Shown: piece by piece, positions 22,881 to 35,520 of the stretch
Layout: each line of letters opens with the position of its first letter
How positions within the stretch are numbered: position 1 is the stretch's first letter
From: Cetorhinus maximus
Taxonomy: Eukaryota
NCBI RefSeq assembly: GCF_964194155.1
Contig: NC_135901.1
Coordinates: 28,272,001-28,336,000 of the forward strand
DNA length: 64,000 nucleotides
Direction: 5' to 3'
Notes under the pieces: model-generated
Databases searched by the model: none
Seen by the model: only the letters and a program-made list of their open reading frames with translations
Told to the model about the DNA's origin: nothing
Program-made: the position numbers and the translations under genes

Positions 22881-24055
22881 ATGATCCTGGTCATGGGCAT
22901 ATCAGTACTGGCAACAAGGTCGGGGATCATCACTGCTCATCCTGCACCGCAGGAGGAACTTTGGTACAGCATGGACAGTGCTGAATGCTACACGCAAAGG
23001 GGAATGATAAATGTAACAGTAGGAGAACAAGTGCTTTCAAATTGTAGTAAGGGTTTGCTTCAGATCGAGCATGGGAGGTCCGCCACTACCCAGCCACCTC
23101 CCACCTCTACTTTCACAGTCTGAGTAGAGATAATTGTAGCCCCTCAAACCACACCGACTGATCCATCTTGTCTGACTATGCATCCAGGACCGACGAATGG
23201 TTTGGTACTGGTTAATCAGAAGTTTTGTATGATAATGTACACCATGAGCTGGTACCCGTAGTCTTGAATATATCGGGAATCGTCCTGCCCCAATGGTGCT
23301 CAATCCATACCCAAGCACTCTATAAGGCTCTGAAGTGCCAATTGATGACTGAAACAGTTGTTCAATGGCGAGATGCGATCAGGCTTGGGAGGGAACCGTG
23401 TTAAGCGCAGCCTGATAAATGATGCCACTATGATATTCAATATAGGGACATCATTGGTTAATCCAAAGTCTGGCTACCGTGCTCGAAAGTCATGCGGGCA
23501 CTATCAATAAATTAATTGAAATAGGAAAAAATATTTCAGACGAAGTGAGCAGAAATGATGTATGCAACACCTATGGATCTTGGGCACTGGAACAAGCCCG
23601 AGAAAATTTAAGACAGATTAATGAAGGGGTAGTCCCTTTATGGGTAACTAATGAGCATTTATTGAATCTCTCACGACACAGGAATCATGACTTGACTGGT
23701 TGCCAGCTCAGGGGTTTAACACGTGTATGTAGAATGAATGTTGAATGTATAGTGAATAGTAATATGCTAATAGGCATTGTATTAGTAATAAAAACAGAAT
23801 TACCTGGAAAAACTCAGCAAGTCTGGCAGCATCGGCGGAGAAGAAATCAGTCAACGTTTCGAGCCCTCATGGCCCTTCAGCAGAATGCTGAAGGGCCATG
23901 AGGGCTCGAAACGTTGACTGATTTCTTCTCCGCCGATGCTGCCAGACTTGCTGAGTTTTTCCAGGTAATTCTGTTTTTATTTTGTTTTGGATTTCCAGCA
24001 TCCGCAGTAGCTTTTAGCTTTTTGTTTTTATCATTGTATTAGTAATACCTGTCAT
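22881..24055 (+). pseudogene. env-like gene 1 (non-gamma type), degenerate and 3'-truncated
   Basis: Splice acceptor ctccacag just before ATG 22881, hydrophobic signal-like N-terminus, Cys-rich with heptad-like segments, in the post-integrase position. Confidence 0.5.
23791..24031. mobile_element. 241-bp palindromic mini-PLE
   Basis: Perfect arms 23787-23882 and 23886-23981 with a 3-nt loop. 16-bp TSD cattgtattagtaata (23775-23790; 24032-24047). Confidence 0.95.
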
Positions 24056-24059
24056 ACCT

Positions 24060-24720
24060 ATGTCAATGACATAACCCAGGCAAGACACCCACAGTGACTG
24101 CTGGTACGGGACCCCAGCCATGGGGCCCATTTGTACACCTACAAATGGACTTTATACAAATGCCTAAATGTATGGAATATAATTATGTTTTAGTTCTAGT
24201 ATGTTTGTTCTCGCGATGGGTGGAGGCGTATCCCACCCGACGAAATGATGCTGTTGTTGTTGTTAAATTGTTGTTCATTTTACTGCTAAAGTGATAAAGG
24301 AACTGTTGAAGGCCTTACAATGCAACCATCACCTTTCCTGCCCATACCACCCCTAGTCTACTGGAGCGGTGGAAGGACAAAATGGTATTCTGAAAAACAA
24401 ACTAGCTAAATTATGTGAAGAAACCAGTTTGAAAGGGCCTGAAGCTCTACCCTTGGCGCTCATGACTATGTGCTCTCACCCTAACTATCTCAAGAGCTTG
24501 CATATACAGGTAGTAGAAGCTCAGAAAAAGCCCACCATTGAAGACTGCCATCAATACCAGCCCGGGGACCTAGTCCTAGTAAAGACCTTCAGGAGAAAGA
24601 ACTGTTTGGAACCTCGATGGGAAGGGCCTTTCCAAGTCCTGCTCACCACCCATATGGCCATAAACGTTGAAGGACGCCCTTGTGGATCCACGCATCGCAC
24701 GTCAAGCGGACGCTGACCTC
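24060..24720 (+). pseudogene. Integrase remnant 2 (gamma/epsilon-like)
   Basis: PFVHLQMDFIQMP...VCLFSRWVEAYP; YHP*STGAVE..NG.LK; LEPRWEGPFQVLLTT. Confidence 0.85.
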
Positions 24721-24919
24721 GGACGGAAGTGCTTGTGCAAGAACTTTAACTGAGCCGTCGGAATGCTGACTCTGATTTGGATCCTGTCCTGCGTGGTCCT
24801 TGCGGGGGCATGGAATACCAATTCTGCAGTTCAATGAATGCAGGCCGTAGCCTCGCAAGTTAATCGGACTAAATGTTGGATTTGTACTCATTTTCTTCTA
24901 TGCAAAACAGCAGCTGAAT

Positions 24920-25030
24920 TGCATGAGAGGGTGGAAAGGACCCTACCTTGTGCTGCTAACAACTCGAACGGCCCTGAAGATTAAAGGGAAGGAAGATTGG
25001 GTCCACGCCACTCGTTGTAAAAAAGAAACA
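24920..25030 (+). pseudogene. Third integrase fragment (GPY/F C-terminal domain only)
   Basis: WKGPYLVLLTTRTALKIKGKEDWVHATRCKK. Confidence 0.8.
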
Positions 25031-25078
25031 TTGTCAGGCAGTCCTATAACCGTCATTACCAGTGAACTAATTTGCATT

Positions 25079-26451
25079 ATGTATCGGATACTGTCTTTTG
25101 CTATATTCTGTCTTTTTGCTATATTCTGTGAAGTATACCCAAAGGATTCTCACCCCAACACCTTTTTGTCTTTATGCCGCGCCTATGCTAGACAAGTAGG
25201 ACAGGGCGCCTGTTGGATATGTGCCCAGACTCCCCATCATGGAGGTGAGTCAAGCACCTATCAGGCAAAACCAATGACTGAGGAAGAAGTGAAGGATCTC
25301 ACAAATTTCCACACCCAGTCAGATGATGCAGAATCCAATATGTTCAGGGGATGGTTCCGTCGCTCTCCACCTGCTAATGGGTGGAAATACAGATCATGGG
25401 ATAAGAATCAAGCCTCCTCAGGAGCCAATAAACGCCACCTGTTGGTGTTCGAACCTTGCAACCGATACCTATAACCTGGGAAACAGTAGTTGCCAAAACA
25501 CCATATCTACTAGCCCTGGTAGTTATGATCCTCAAAATCCTCTAAATGGTACATACTGGGTTTGTGGGGAAAAAGCATATCTCTGGCTGCCTGGGATGTC
25601 ACAATTATCTTCCTTCTTTAATCAAGATACCGGAAGTTTGGGCAAGGATGCTACCACTCCCACCTGGAGTGGCTGCTGCTACCTAGCATATTTGAATCCC
25701 TATCTTCGCTATATAAGTAAATTAGATATTCACCCGCATCTACGTCTACATCGCCGTGACATCTCGGAATCCGAACGATTCTGGATGATTGCTATCCCCT
25801 CTTATGGAGCTGCTCGTAATTCCCGAGAGATTATCAACCTGGCAGCTGCACTTGAAAAATTTGCTAATTCAACGGCTGATGCTTTGATTGAGACACAGAA
25901 ACAGATTTCAGCTACCACTACTGAAATGATAGCCCTACGCCTGACCGCCTTACAAAATAGAATGGCCCTTGATTTCCTCCTAGCTGAAAAAGGTGGCACT
26001 TGTGCCATGATAGGTTCAGAGTGCTGCACTTGTGTGCCTGGTGTTTCTGAGAACATTACTAACCTGGGACAGCATGTTATGGATAAAGTGCAAGAAATAA
26101 AGAAAGTTGGGGAAAGACAGTAATTTTTATAACAAGGATTCCTGGTGGGCTACAGTAATGGGGTGGTTCCCTGGTTGGGGAAGTTGGCTGCTGTATGTTT
26201 TAATTGGGTTGGTCATAGCATGTGTTATAGGGTGTTGTGCATGTGTTGCTCTGCGAATTTGCTGTTCCCAGGTTATTAACAGTGTCTCTACTGGATTAGG
26301 AGGAACTCCAATTATTCCCCAAATGGGGCGCACTGGCCCCAGCGAAGCCCACTGGTGGGGAGAGAAAGTTTACCCCGCCAGAGATCGGCCTTTTCCTTAT
26401 GGTTATGAACCCCCATATGATAATGAAGATACTATTCCTCATTGGTGTTAA
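25079..26451 (+). pseudogene. env: Gamma-type env, about two frameshifts
   Basis: Signal peptide, CWIC, furin site RLHRR, ISD LQNRMALDFLLAEKGGTC, CX6CC and TM helix. Confidence 0.92.
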
Positions 26452-28629
26452 TCTAGAAGATTAACAAGGAGGGACTGTGGGAGAATAAAATACATATACA
26501 GGATAACAAAGGGTTAAGTGGTTAAACTATATAATGGAATATTACAACGAAGTGTCCTTGAAACTAGGCCCATCCGTTTTCTCACTAGCACATAAAATAA
26601 TAGACTAGTCGCGCTATCAGCTACCTTCCCAGACTAATGGGCGCCAGATGGGTTGTGCAAGTGTCAGATGTGGTTGTAAACTAAAAGAACTATTGTGTGC
26701 ATGCCAAAAGATATGTACTTTTTTGCTATAACTATGTGTGTACTCTGATGCTTCCTCAGAGTGTCAGCTAGCTCCATTGTATGCTGCTGGGCTCTCCGTG
26801 ATATCACGATTTAATAAAGGCTTCGGAGACAAACCTCCTGGGTCTGAGTGTTCACTCCATTTTCCGCGACACCTTGAATTAACATTAATACATCTCGAAT
26901 CAGGCCTGTTGTCAACAGACAATTGGTCATTGTTATTCCTGAGTTAATTTTATTGGATTGAACCATTTTCATACATTGTTCCATGGAGCAGAACAATTGG
27001 GCTGTTCAGGATCTTTCTTTTTATCTGAGTTTAGGCAATGTTACGGAGAGAGATGGGGATTGCACAGTGAATTCCAGCCCCACTACCTCACGGACCATAA
27101 CAATAGTTTAAATGTTTAATTCATCCACAAAACAGGCCAATTGTTACCCTTTGCTACTGTTATTCTCAGCCCAAAAAAACTCTAACCAGGCTTCTTTCAG
27201 TCACACAAAAAAGTTGAATTATTATAAAACAAACTATTTTTTAAAAACAAGTGAATGAACTGGTTAACATACAACTTGCAGTTTAGAAGTACAACGATTT
27301 TCCCTTTTTTAAAAAAAACACATTTTTGAACCCCCATACACACACATACACACAAACACAAAACAGGACAAAACAAATACAGTCCCCTGCAGAGGCTGGA
27401 GTATGGGAAAGTTTCTTTAAAAAGGGATCACAACGATGTTGATCTAACAGAATTCTAGTCATAATAGGTCAGGAGGTTCCTCTAGACAGATTTTTTGGTG
27501 AAACTGTCCTTGATGACTCTTATTTATCACAACGTTGCAGACTTCCAAAAAACACAGATAAATTATCCTGATGAGATGTTTCTGAGGAAGGTTTAACACA
27601 AAGGTGGGGCAGAGAGAGGGGAAGAGAGTCTTTTCTTCCAGCCTGCTTCAAAGGCACACAAACAATCTCTCTAACTGAGGGTTTTAAAGGACTAAGATGG
27701 TCAAAGAATACTTCTCTTAAGCTAGGGGTTTTTAACCAATCAGCAAAAGTCTTTAGTTTGGCAACAGTGGTTCTTTGTTAATTTTGATACATAAAGTATC
27801 TCTTCCCTCTCCAGGTGTTCCCGCTGGGTAGCTTAATTCACCCGTGATTTATTGACGAACAGCACATTCACAGCACTGAATTAATATTGCAGACTTCTAA
27901 TTCAATGTTCTTCAAATTATCCAAAAAATGGCTCCTCACAACAAGATCATAAATGGTTTACATCGAGGACATAAAGAGAAACTGTTTCCACTGACAAAAG
28001 GGTTGTTAACCAGAGGACACAGATTGAAGGTGATTGACATAAAAGCCAGAAGGGAAATGAGGAAGATAAATCTTTACACAGTGATGTGTTGTGATCTGGA
28101 ATGCACTACCTGAAAGGCTGGTGGAAGCAGATTCAACAAAGGGAATTGGATAAATCCTGGAAGGGGACTAGTTTGCAGGGCTCATGGGGAAAGGGCAAGA
28201 TAGTGGGACTAATTGAGTAGCTCTTTCAAAGAGCCAGCATAGGCACGATGGGCTCAATAGCCTCCTTCTGTGCTGTGAAAGTCTGTGAACATAGATAAAT
28301 AAATGCGTGTCTGTAATATATACAGTGATGTCAATAATATCTGGAATTCCCTTTTTCACATTTCAGAATTTTATCCCTTTCCTTCCAGTTTGATTTTGGA
28401 CAAAGAGAACAAAAGCAAATCACTCAGTACATTGAGAGCCCCGATGTCTATTCTCGGCCAGCATTACACAGGGGGAAAAGGGCTGGATTCTCAGACCAGC
28501 AAGTCAAGGCCTCCTCTTTAAATGGCCACTTCCCACAATGGATTCAGTGGCCTCTGAAGGAAAGCAGCTTCGGTCCACACTGGGAGTTCCTGCCCCCCTG
28601 TCGGCTGGCTCATGCTGGCTTATGCTCCT

Positions 28630-29215
28630 GATGTACACGGTGTTGATGAGACCACATCTAGAGTATTGTGTCATGTTCTGGTCACCTTATACCAGAAAGG
28701 ATAAATACTTTAGAAGCTGTTCAGAGAAGGTTCACTCGACTGATACCTGGGATGGGTGGGTTATCTGAGGAGGCAAGGTTGGACAGGCTGGGCCTGTATC
28801 CACTGGAGTTTAGAAGAATGGGAGGTGATCTTATTGAAACCTCCAAGATCCTGAGGGGACTTGACAGGGTGGATGCTGAAAGGAAGTTTCCCCTGTGGGA
28901 GAGACTAGAACTAGGGGACATTGTTTAAAAATAAGGGTCTCCCATTTAAGATGGAGATGAAAAGAATCATTTTCTCTCAGAGGGTCATGTGTCTTTGAAA
29001 CTCTCTTCCCCAGACAGTGGTGGAGGCAGGGTCAATGAATATTTTTTAGGCAGAGGTAGATATATTCTTGACTAGCAAGGGAGTCAAAGGTTATCGGGGA
29101 GAGGCGGAATGTAGAGTTGAAACCACAATCAAATCAGCCATGATCTTAGTGAAAGGAGCAGCAGACTCAAGGGGCCGAATGGCCCACTCCTGCTCCTAAT
29201 TGATATGTTTGTATG
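28630..29215 (+). mobile_element. CR1 LINE 3' fragment
   Basis: RPHLEYC..FWSP..LEAVQRRFTRLIPG plus the typical 3'UTR. Confidence 0.85.
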
Positions 29216-29254
29216 GATGATCTGCCCCAAAGGATAGGGGCTTGTCGATTTAAA

Positions 29255-29720
29255 AAGAAACTTGCATTTTAATAGCACCTTTCACCACCTCAGGGCATCT
29301 CAAAGTGTTTCACTGTGGATGAAACACTTCCTGAAGTGTAGTTATTGTAGGAATCACGGAAGCCAATTTGTGCACAGCAAGATCCCACAGACAGCAATGT
29401 GATGATCACCAGATCATCTGTTTTTTACTGAGGTTGGTTGAGGGATAAATATCAGGCCCCAGGACACCGGGGGTGAACTCCTCCCCCTCCTGCTCTCCTT
29501 TCAATTGTGACCATTCAGTCTTGTACATCCAACTGAGAGAGCAGACGGGGCCCTCGGGTTAATGTCTCACTCGAAAAACGGTCCCTCTGACAGGATGGTT
29601 CTCCCTCAGTACTGGCACTGGAGTGTGGGCCCTGGATTTTGAGGACTTGAGTCTCTGGAGTGGGGATTCGAACCCCCCACCTCCTGACTCAGAGGCGAGA
29701 GTGCTACCCACCGTCATGCC
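29255..29720 (-). mobile_element. tRNA-derived Deu-SINE (SacSINE1/AmnSINE1-like)
   Basis: A/B-box head ggttcgaatcc, Deu core (...gagggcccgtctgctctctcag...atatttatccctcaacc...ttgctgtgcacaaattggct) and an aaatgcaag tail. Confidence 0.75.
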
Positions 29721-30749
29721 GTGTTGAATAGAATCAGCGAGCTGGTGTTCTAGAATCATGGAATGGTTACAACACTGAAGGAGGCCGTTCAGCCCATTCT
29801 GTCTGTGCCAGCTCTCTGTAAGAGCAACTCACCCAGAGCCACTTGCCCACCTTTTCTCCACAACCCTGCCAATTTCTGCTCTTCAGATAATGATCCAGTT
29901 CTCTCTGGAAAACCATGACTGAATCTGCCTCCAGGTCCTTTCATCCCTGGTGTCATTCTCGTCAATCTCCTCTGCTCCCTCTCTAAGAACTTCACATCTT
30001 TCCTGAAGTGTGGGGCCCAGATATCGGGTTCCATTCTAGAGGGATAGAATTGCAAAGCAGGGAGGTTATGTTCAACTTGTTTCGAACCAGAACTGAGAGC
30101 ATTTACCCCTCAGGAAAGGCTGGGGCTGCTTTTCTCTAGAAAAGAGAAGACTGAAGGGTGACCTGATGGAAGTCTTTAAGATTATAAGGGGGGTTCAATA
30201 ATCCAATAGGGATTTCATGAGAAACCTCTTTACCCAGTGAGTGGTGAGAATGTGGGACTCACTACCAGAGCGACTGGTTGAGGTGAATAGCATGAATACA
30301 TTTAAGGGGAAGCTAGATACATACATGAGGGAGAAAGGAATAGAAGGATATGCTGATGGGGGGAAATGAAGAGGGGCGGGTGGAGGCTCATGTGGAGCAT
30401 AAATACTGACAGAGACCAGTTGAACCGACTGGCCTGGCCCTGTGCTGTTGACTCAATGGAACAGAGACAAATGTACTTCCTTCAGATATACCTACAGTAG
30501 TAAGAAAAGCATTATTTACGATCAAGGTTAAAATAAATGTACTTCATCAGCTTTTGTGGATTATTTCAGTGGAAATGTGCACTCCCAGGCTCAAAGAGCA
30601 TCAGCCCACTGGAAGCAAAGTCATGAAACCGGCAAGTCCAGCAGAAAGAAACCCTCCGACCCTCCCACTTCACCAAGTGTCAGAATGAACATGGTTCAGT
30701 CCTGGATGTGATTAACAGCAGCAAAAACAGCAGAATCCAAACCCTGGAA

Positions 30750-31340
30750 TCACTTGTGAACTCGCTGGTGTCTCAGGAGGTTGCTTGACTGAGTGAAGCC
30801 CTTCCCACACACAGGGCAGATGAACGGCCTTTCCCCTGTGTGAACTCGCTGGTGAGTCAGCAGGGTAGATGAATCTCTGAATCCCTTCCCACACTCAAAG
30901 CAGGTGAATAGCCTCTCCCCGGTGTGAACTCGCTGATGTGTCCGCAGGCCAGATGAATCACTGAATGCCTTCCCACACTCAGAGCAGGTGAATGGCCTCT
31001 CCCCAGTGTGAACTCGCCAGTGTGTCTGCAGGTTTGATAACTGAGTGAATAACTTCCCACACTCAGAGCAGGTGAATGGCCTCTCCCCAGTGTGAGTGCG
31101 TCGGTGAATCTTCAGTTTAGATGGGGATCTGAATCCCTTCCCACACTCAGAGCAGGTGAACGGTTTCTCGCCGGTGTGAACTAGTTTGTGTGACATGATG
31201 TTGGATAAATGACTGAAACTCTTTCCACACACAGAGCAGGTGAACGGTCTCTCCCCGGTGTGACTGCGTCTATGGATTTCCAGCTGAGATGGGTGTCTGA
31301 ATCCCTTCCCACAGTCCTCACATTTCCACGGTTTCTCCAT
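30750..31340 (-). CDS. C2H2 zinc-finger protein Z4, 7 fingers
   Basis: Intact [10 protein letters not shown]...HQRVHK*. Last-exon acceptor at ~31705; leader module at 32300-32640. Confidence 0.9.
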   Translation of the reverse strand: MEKPWKCEDCGKGFRHPSQLEIHRRSHTGERPFTCSVCGKSFSHLSNIMSHKLVHTGEKPFTCSECGKGFRSPSKLKIHRRTHTGERPFTCSECGKLFTQLSNLQTHWRVHTGERPFTCSECGKAFSDSSGLRTHQRVHTGERLFTCFECGKGFRDSSTLLTHQRVHTGERPFICPVCGKGFTQSSNLLRHQRVHK

Positions 31341-32299
31341 GGTGCAGGTGTCTTTGTGTCTCTCCAGGTCCAACGGTCAGTTAAAGCCTCGTCCACGCAC
31401 AGAACATGTCGAATGTCTCTCCTCACTGTGAATGGTGCGATGTTTTTTCAGTCTGTGTAGTTGGTGAAAGCTCTTTCCACAGTCACTGCACTGAAACACT
31501 CTCACTGGGGTGTGTGTGTCTCGGTGCTTTTCCAGTCACACAGACGTTTAAAACTGATTGAGGCAGACAGAAAAGACAAACATTTCTCCTTCTGGATTCA
31601 AAGGCTGGTGATATTCAGGTCCTGATGAAATAGGTTGCTCTATCAGATCTTGATGTGATGTTTACATTGAGATTCTGTCTGCAAATCCTTCCCTTCTGAT
31701 ATACTGTAAAAGGAGTTTACAAAATTCATCACTGTCAGTACAGGACGGAAATTCAGAAACAACAATTCTAGTTTGTATGGAGCATTCTTTCCTCTCTCAT
31801 TTCCCAAAAGCTGTAAATCTCCATTCCACACACTCTCCATCCATTCTCACCCTGCTGCACCTGATGTACACCCTCCCAATTCTCCTGGTGCCGATTCATG
31901 CTCATCAAAAAATGCATGCTCACTGATTCTTGTCCAAGACTTGAAAATCTTCATATAAATATATTTACTGATGAGAGCTACAGGGAGAATGCAAGGAAGA
32001 ACTTTATTTAGGCAGCGCATGGTCATGATCTTGGACTCGAGTTGCCAAATGGACTCTTTCTGTGCTGTAATGAATATAAGGCTGGAAATATATAAGGTAG
32101 CTACAGTACTATATTACAAGACTAGAAATAATAATAAATGAGCTTGATTACACAGCCAAAAATATATTAAATATGTAAGGACTTAAATATATTAAAAGGC
32201 TAGAAAAAGAAATAAGTACTTTATTCCTGAACCATCAATAATATATCTAATATATACCATATAACAACACTTGACATATCTCTGTCCTATATTAATTTA

Positions 32300-33240
32300 C
32301 TGTCCCATTAAATGTCAGCCATCTCCTGGGGAAACCACCCCTTTAATTGGGAACATTAGGAAAGAGACCATCCTTTTCGCCAGACAAATAAATGTGTCAA
32401 GCTGAGGGAGCAAAGGATGTCAATGTCTCTAAGAGAGAGAGAGAGAGACCTGGGCCAACCTTTCCAGAGTCTGCACCCTCCCTGGATTCACTTCCTTTCC
32501 CTTCAGTTCCTGCAAGTCAACAATTTCCCCCCAGAATGAGAAAAGAAATGGAAAGGGGGAGAAAAGAAAGTGTTTTACTTACAGATGTTGGACACAGGAA
32601 GAAGTTTTAGTCTGTGTGAAGCTCAATCCTCATTCCGACAAGGCCCACGCTCTGATTGACTGGAGGTCCAGAGTCCTTCCGGTCCTCCAATTCTCGCCAT
32701 TGGTCAATCCCCGGCATGAAAACAATGGGGCAGCGGAAGCATTCGTGACGGTGGGAGACACTTTGACCCCATGTCTCAACAACTACTGGCCAATGGGGAA
32801 CGCCGCTTTTTGCACATGCGCAGCTCCCCCTGTCCCTCGAACATGCGCAGTCCTGGGCCGCCTGCCCGCGCGGCGGATAGAGCGGTTTCCCCAGCGCGGC
32901 GGATTGTGGGAGCTGAGGTCGCCATTACTCATCCGGACCCCAGTCTCCAAACTCCTGGGACTGGGATGGAAAGTGGGGGTGGGTGGCGCAGTGACCCCGC
33001 CCTGACAGAAAGTACATGTGGGTAGTCACTGGATTTGATTGTGACGTCCCTTAGCAAAACAGTTTGTTTTCAGGTGTAAAGATTTAGACTGAAATAGAAA
33101 GAGAAAGTGCTGGAGACACTCAACAGGTCTGGAATCATCTGTAGCTAGAGAAACAGAGTTAACGTTTCGAATAGAATATGACTCTCTTTCTGTAAAGGTG
33201 TAGGCACCTGGGTGACATATTGGGGAGGGCAATAGGAAAT
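32300..33240 (-). promoter_or_regulatory. Z4 promoter (type B) and leader module
   Basis: Inverted homologue of 37395-38220. NRF1-like and ZNF143-like (ctcccacaatcc) motifs. A short PLE pLTR piece lies at ~33090-33190. Confidence 0.7.
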
Positions 33241-33699
33241 GGAGGAGGTCTTGTGGAGCAGTGGGTAGTGTCCCAGCATTTGAGCCAGAAGTTCCTGGTT
33301 CAATTCCAACTCCAGGACCTGATGGCCAAGGAAAGTGTCTTCACGATGCAGCCAAACAGATTTAGTATCAACTTGTAAAACCTTCCAACACACCAATGGC
33401 AGGCGGTAAGAGCGGGAGAGATTCCTGCTCAGCCACATGGTGGAAGGAAATTGGAGCCGTGACCATCACTATCCATAGCTCCAGACTGTGAGTTGAGTGT
33501 AACATACAGTGTATGTTGCCACAGCAACTCCCACTCCTTGGAGGGCCTTTTGGCTCAGTCGCCTGGAAGGTGAGTGTATATCAGATTGGTGGAACAACCC
33601 GTTCTGGCTGGGGTGGATTCAGGATCTGCCTCCTTGCCCTACCCGCCAGTGGTGGAGGTCATGGCACTGTGGATCAGACCTGTCTTTGGGCAGATAACT

Positions 33700-34090
33700 C
33701 AAGAAGGAGGAAAAGGATTCACTCGCTCAGTGAGCGCAATTACATATGTGTGAGGCCATTCACCTGCTCCGTATGTGGGAATGGATTGATTGGGTCAGCC
33801 AACCTGCTGGTCTACCAGCGATTTCAAACTGGCGAGAAGCTGATTAAATGTTCTGAATGTGGGAAGGGATTCACTCGCTCATCCTACTTACTGACACACC
33901 TGTGAGTCCCTCCTTGACTGCAGGGGTTAGATTCTGCTTTTATTGCTGCTGCTAATCACATCTAGGACTGAACCACGTTCATTTTGACAATTGGGGTCTG
34001 TTTCTGCTGATGATAATAATCCGTGTAACTGGGCTGGAGATTAATATTCTGGATAAATGTCAAATCAATCAGCTTTGTTTTGGACACACA
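33700..34090 (+). pseudogene. Degenerate ZNF 3' relic with family 3'UTR
   Basis: RPFTCSVCG..., [18 protein letters not shown], then gggttagattctgct...aggactgaacc. Confidence 0.7.
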
Positions 34091-34894
34091 GTTTGTCAAG
34101 TCTCTGACGTCAATGAGAGAAGTAAAGGTAGGTTTTAAGCACAGACTTAAAGGAGGAGACAGAGAAGTGGAGGGGTTAAGGGAGGGAATTCCACAGTTTA
34201 GGAACCTGGCAGTTGAGTTTCTGGAGTGGGGATTGAACCCACGACCTTCAGACTCAGAGGCTAGAGTATGAGACTGACTGAGCCCTGGTGTTCGATGTGA
34301 AGTTTCAGTTGCCTCATCCTTTCTCTGTCCTTCGTCCCATTCGAGGATCAGCAGATCGAGCTGAGAAACTGGGCAACAATTAAATGGGGCAAGAAGAAAG
34401 TTAAGAGAATAAAATGCTTCACCCAGAGAGTGGTGAGAATGTGGAACTCGCTCCCACACAGAGTGGTTGAGACAAATAACATACATCCATTTATGGGGAG
34501 CTTGGTATGTTCAGGAGGAAGAAAGATGGGGCTTGATGAAGTAAAACGGGAGAGACTCGTGTACAGTGTAAATGAGATGGACTGAATGGCCTGGTTCTTT
34601 GCTGTACATTGTGTGTGAAGAATTTGTACCACACAACATCTTCCATCCCCTCAGCCAATTAAATACTTTTTTTAAGGTGAGGCATTTCAGCCTTTTTTTA
34701 ACTAATGTAGAGTCAAGGGGTTTTTAAACATATAAACCAATCCCAAGTTTAGGTTCGGGAGCTTACTGGACAAACAGCCACACTTATAAATATAGAGATA
34801 GCTGGGAATCAGGGGATAGTGGCTAAAGATCAGGAAATGGTCAAATTAAAACTTGCCCAGAATGCAGCAGGATGGGCTGAGCAAGGTGACGCTG

Positions 34895-35520
34895 AGCTAA
34901 AAGGGGTTTGCGTACACGCAGACTCTGATTGAAATGGGTTTATGTACACACAGACTCTGATCGAAAGGAGTTTGCATACACAAGGGCTTTGATCTAAAGG
35001 GGTTTGCATACACACAGGCTCTGATTGAAAGGGGTTTGCGTACACAGGCTTTGATCGTAAGGGGTTTGCATACACATGGGCTCTGATCGAAGGGGGTTTG
35101 GGTTCACACAGGCTTTGATCAAAAGGGGTTTGCGTACACACGGGCTCTGACTGAAAGGGGTTTGCGTACATACAGGCTCTGATCGAAAGGGGTTTGCATA
35201 CACACGGGCTCTGATCGAAAAGGTTTTGTATACACACGGACGCTAATCGAAAGTAGTTTGCGTACACACGGACTCTGATAGAAAGGGGTGTGTGTACACA
35301 CGGGCTCTGATCAAAAGGGATGTGTGTACACACGGACTCTGATTGAAAGGGGTTTGTGTACACTTGGACTCTGATCGAAAGGGGTTTGCGTACACAAAGA
35401 TGTTGAACTAAAAGGGTTTTCAGGCACACAGACCTCGAACTAAAGGGGTTTGAATACACAAAGACCATGAACTAAAGAGGTATGAGTATACACAGACACT
35501 GAACTGAAGGGCTTTTCATA
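34895..35520. repeat. ~32-bp minisatellite, ~19 diverged copies
   Basis: Consensus ctctgatcgaaaggggtttgcgtacacacggg. Confidence 0.92.

Larger units (their letters stand above)
18987..26871 (+). mobile_element. Mosaic endogenous retrovirus
   Basis: 5' LTR 18987-19591, PBS 19595-19612, gag remnant, integrase pieces, two env-like genes, PPT ~26466-26474 and 3' LTR 26476-26871. Confidence 0.88.

Noticed and set aside
23787-23981. Palindrome as a fold-back sequencing artefact
   Set aside because: It is flanked by a 16-bp TSD, has an asymmetric tail, and its termini match the independent 15404-17091 insert.
27039-27900. Possible minus-strand solo LTR
   Set aside because: TGTTA start and LTR-like composition, but I could not define the other end or a TSD.
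29660-29720. tRNA genes (also ~33245-33320 and ~34215-34280)
   Set aside because: These are A/B-box heads of SINEs with no complete cloverleaf.
34895-35520. CRISPR array, or the 212-aa ORF on the minus strand
   Set aside because: Contiguous tandem units with no unique spacers, in a eukaryotic context. The ORF is a by-product of the repeat.
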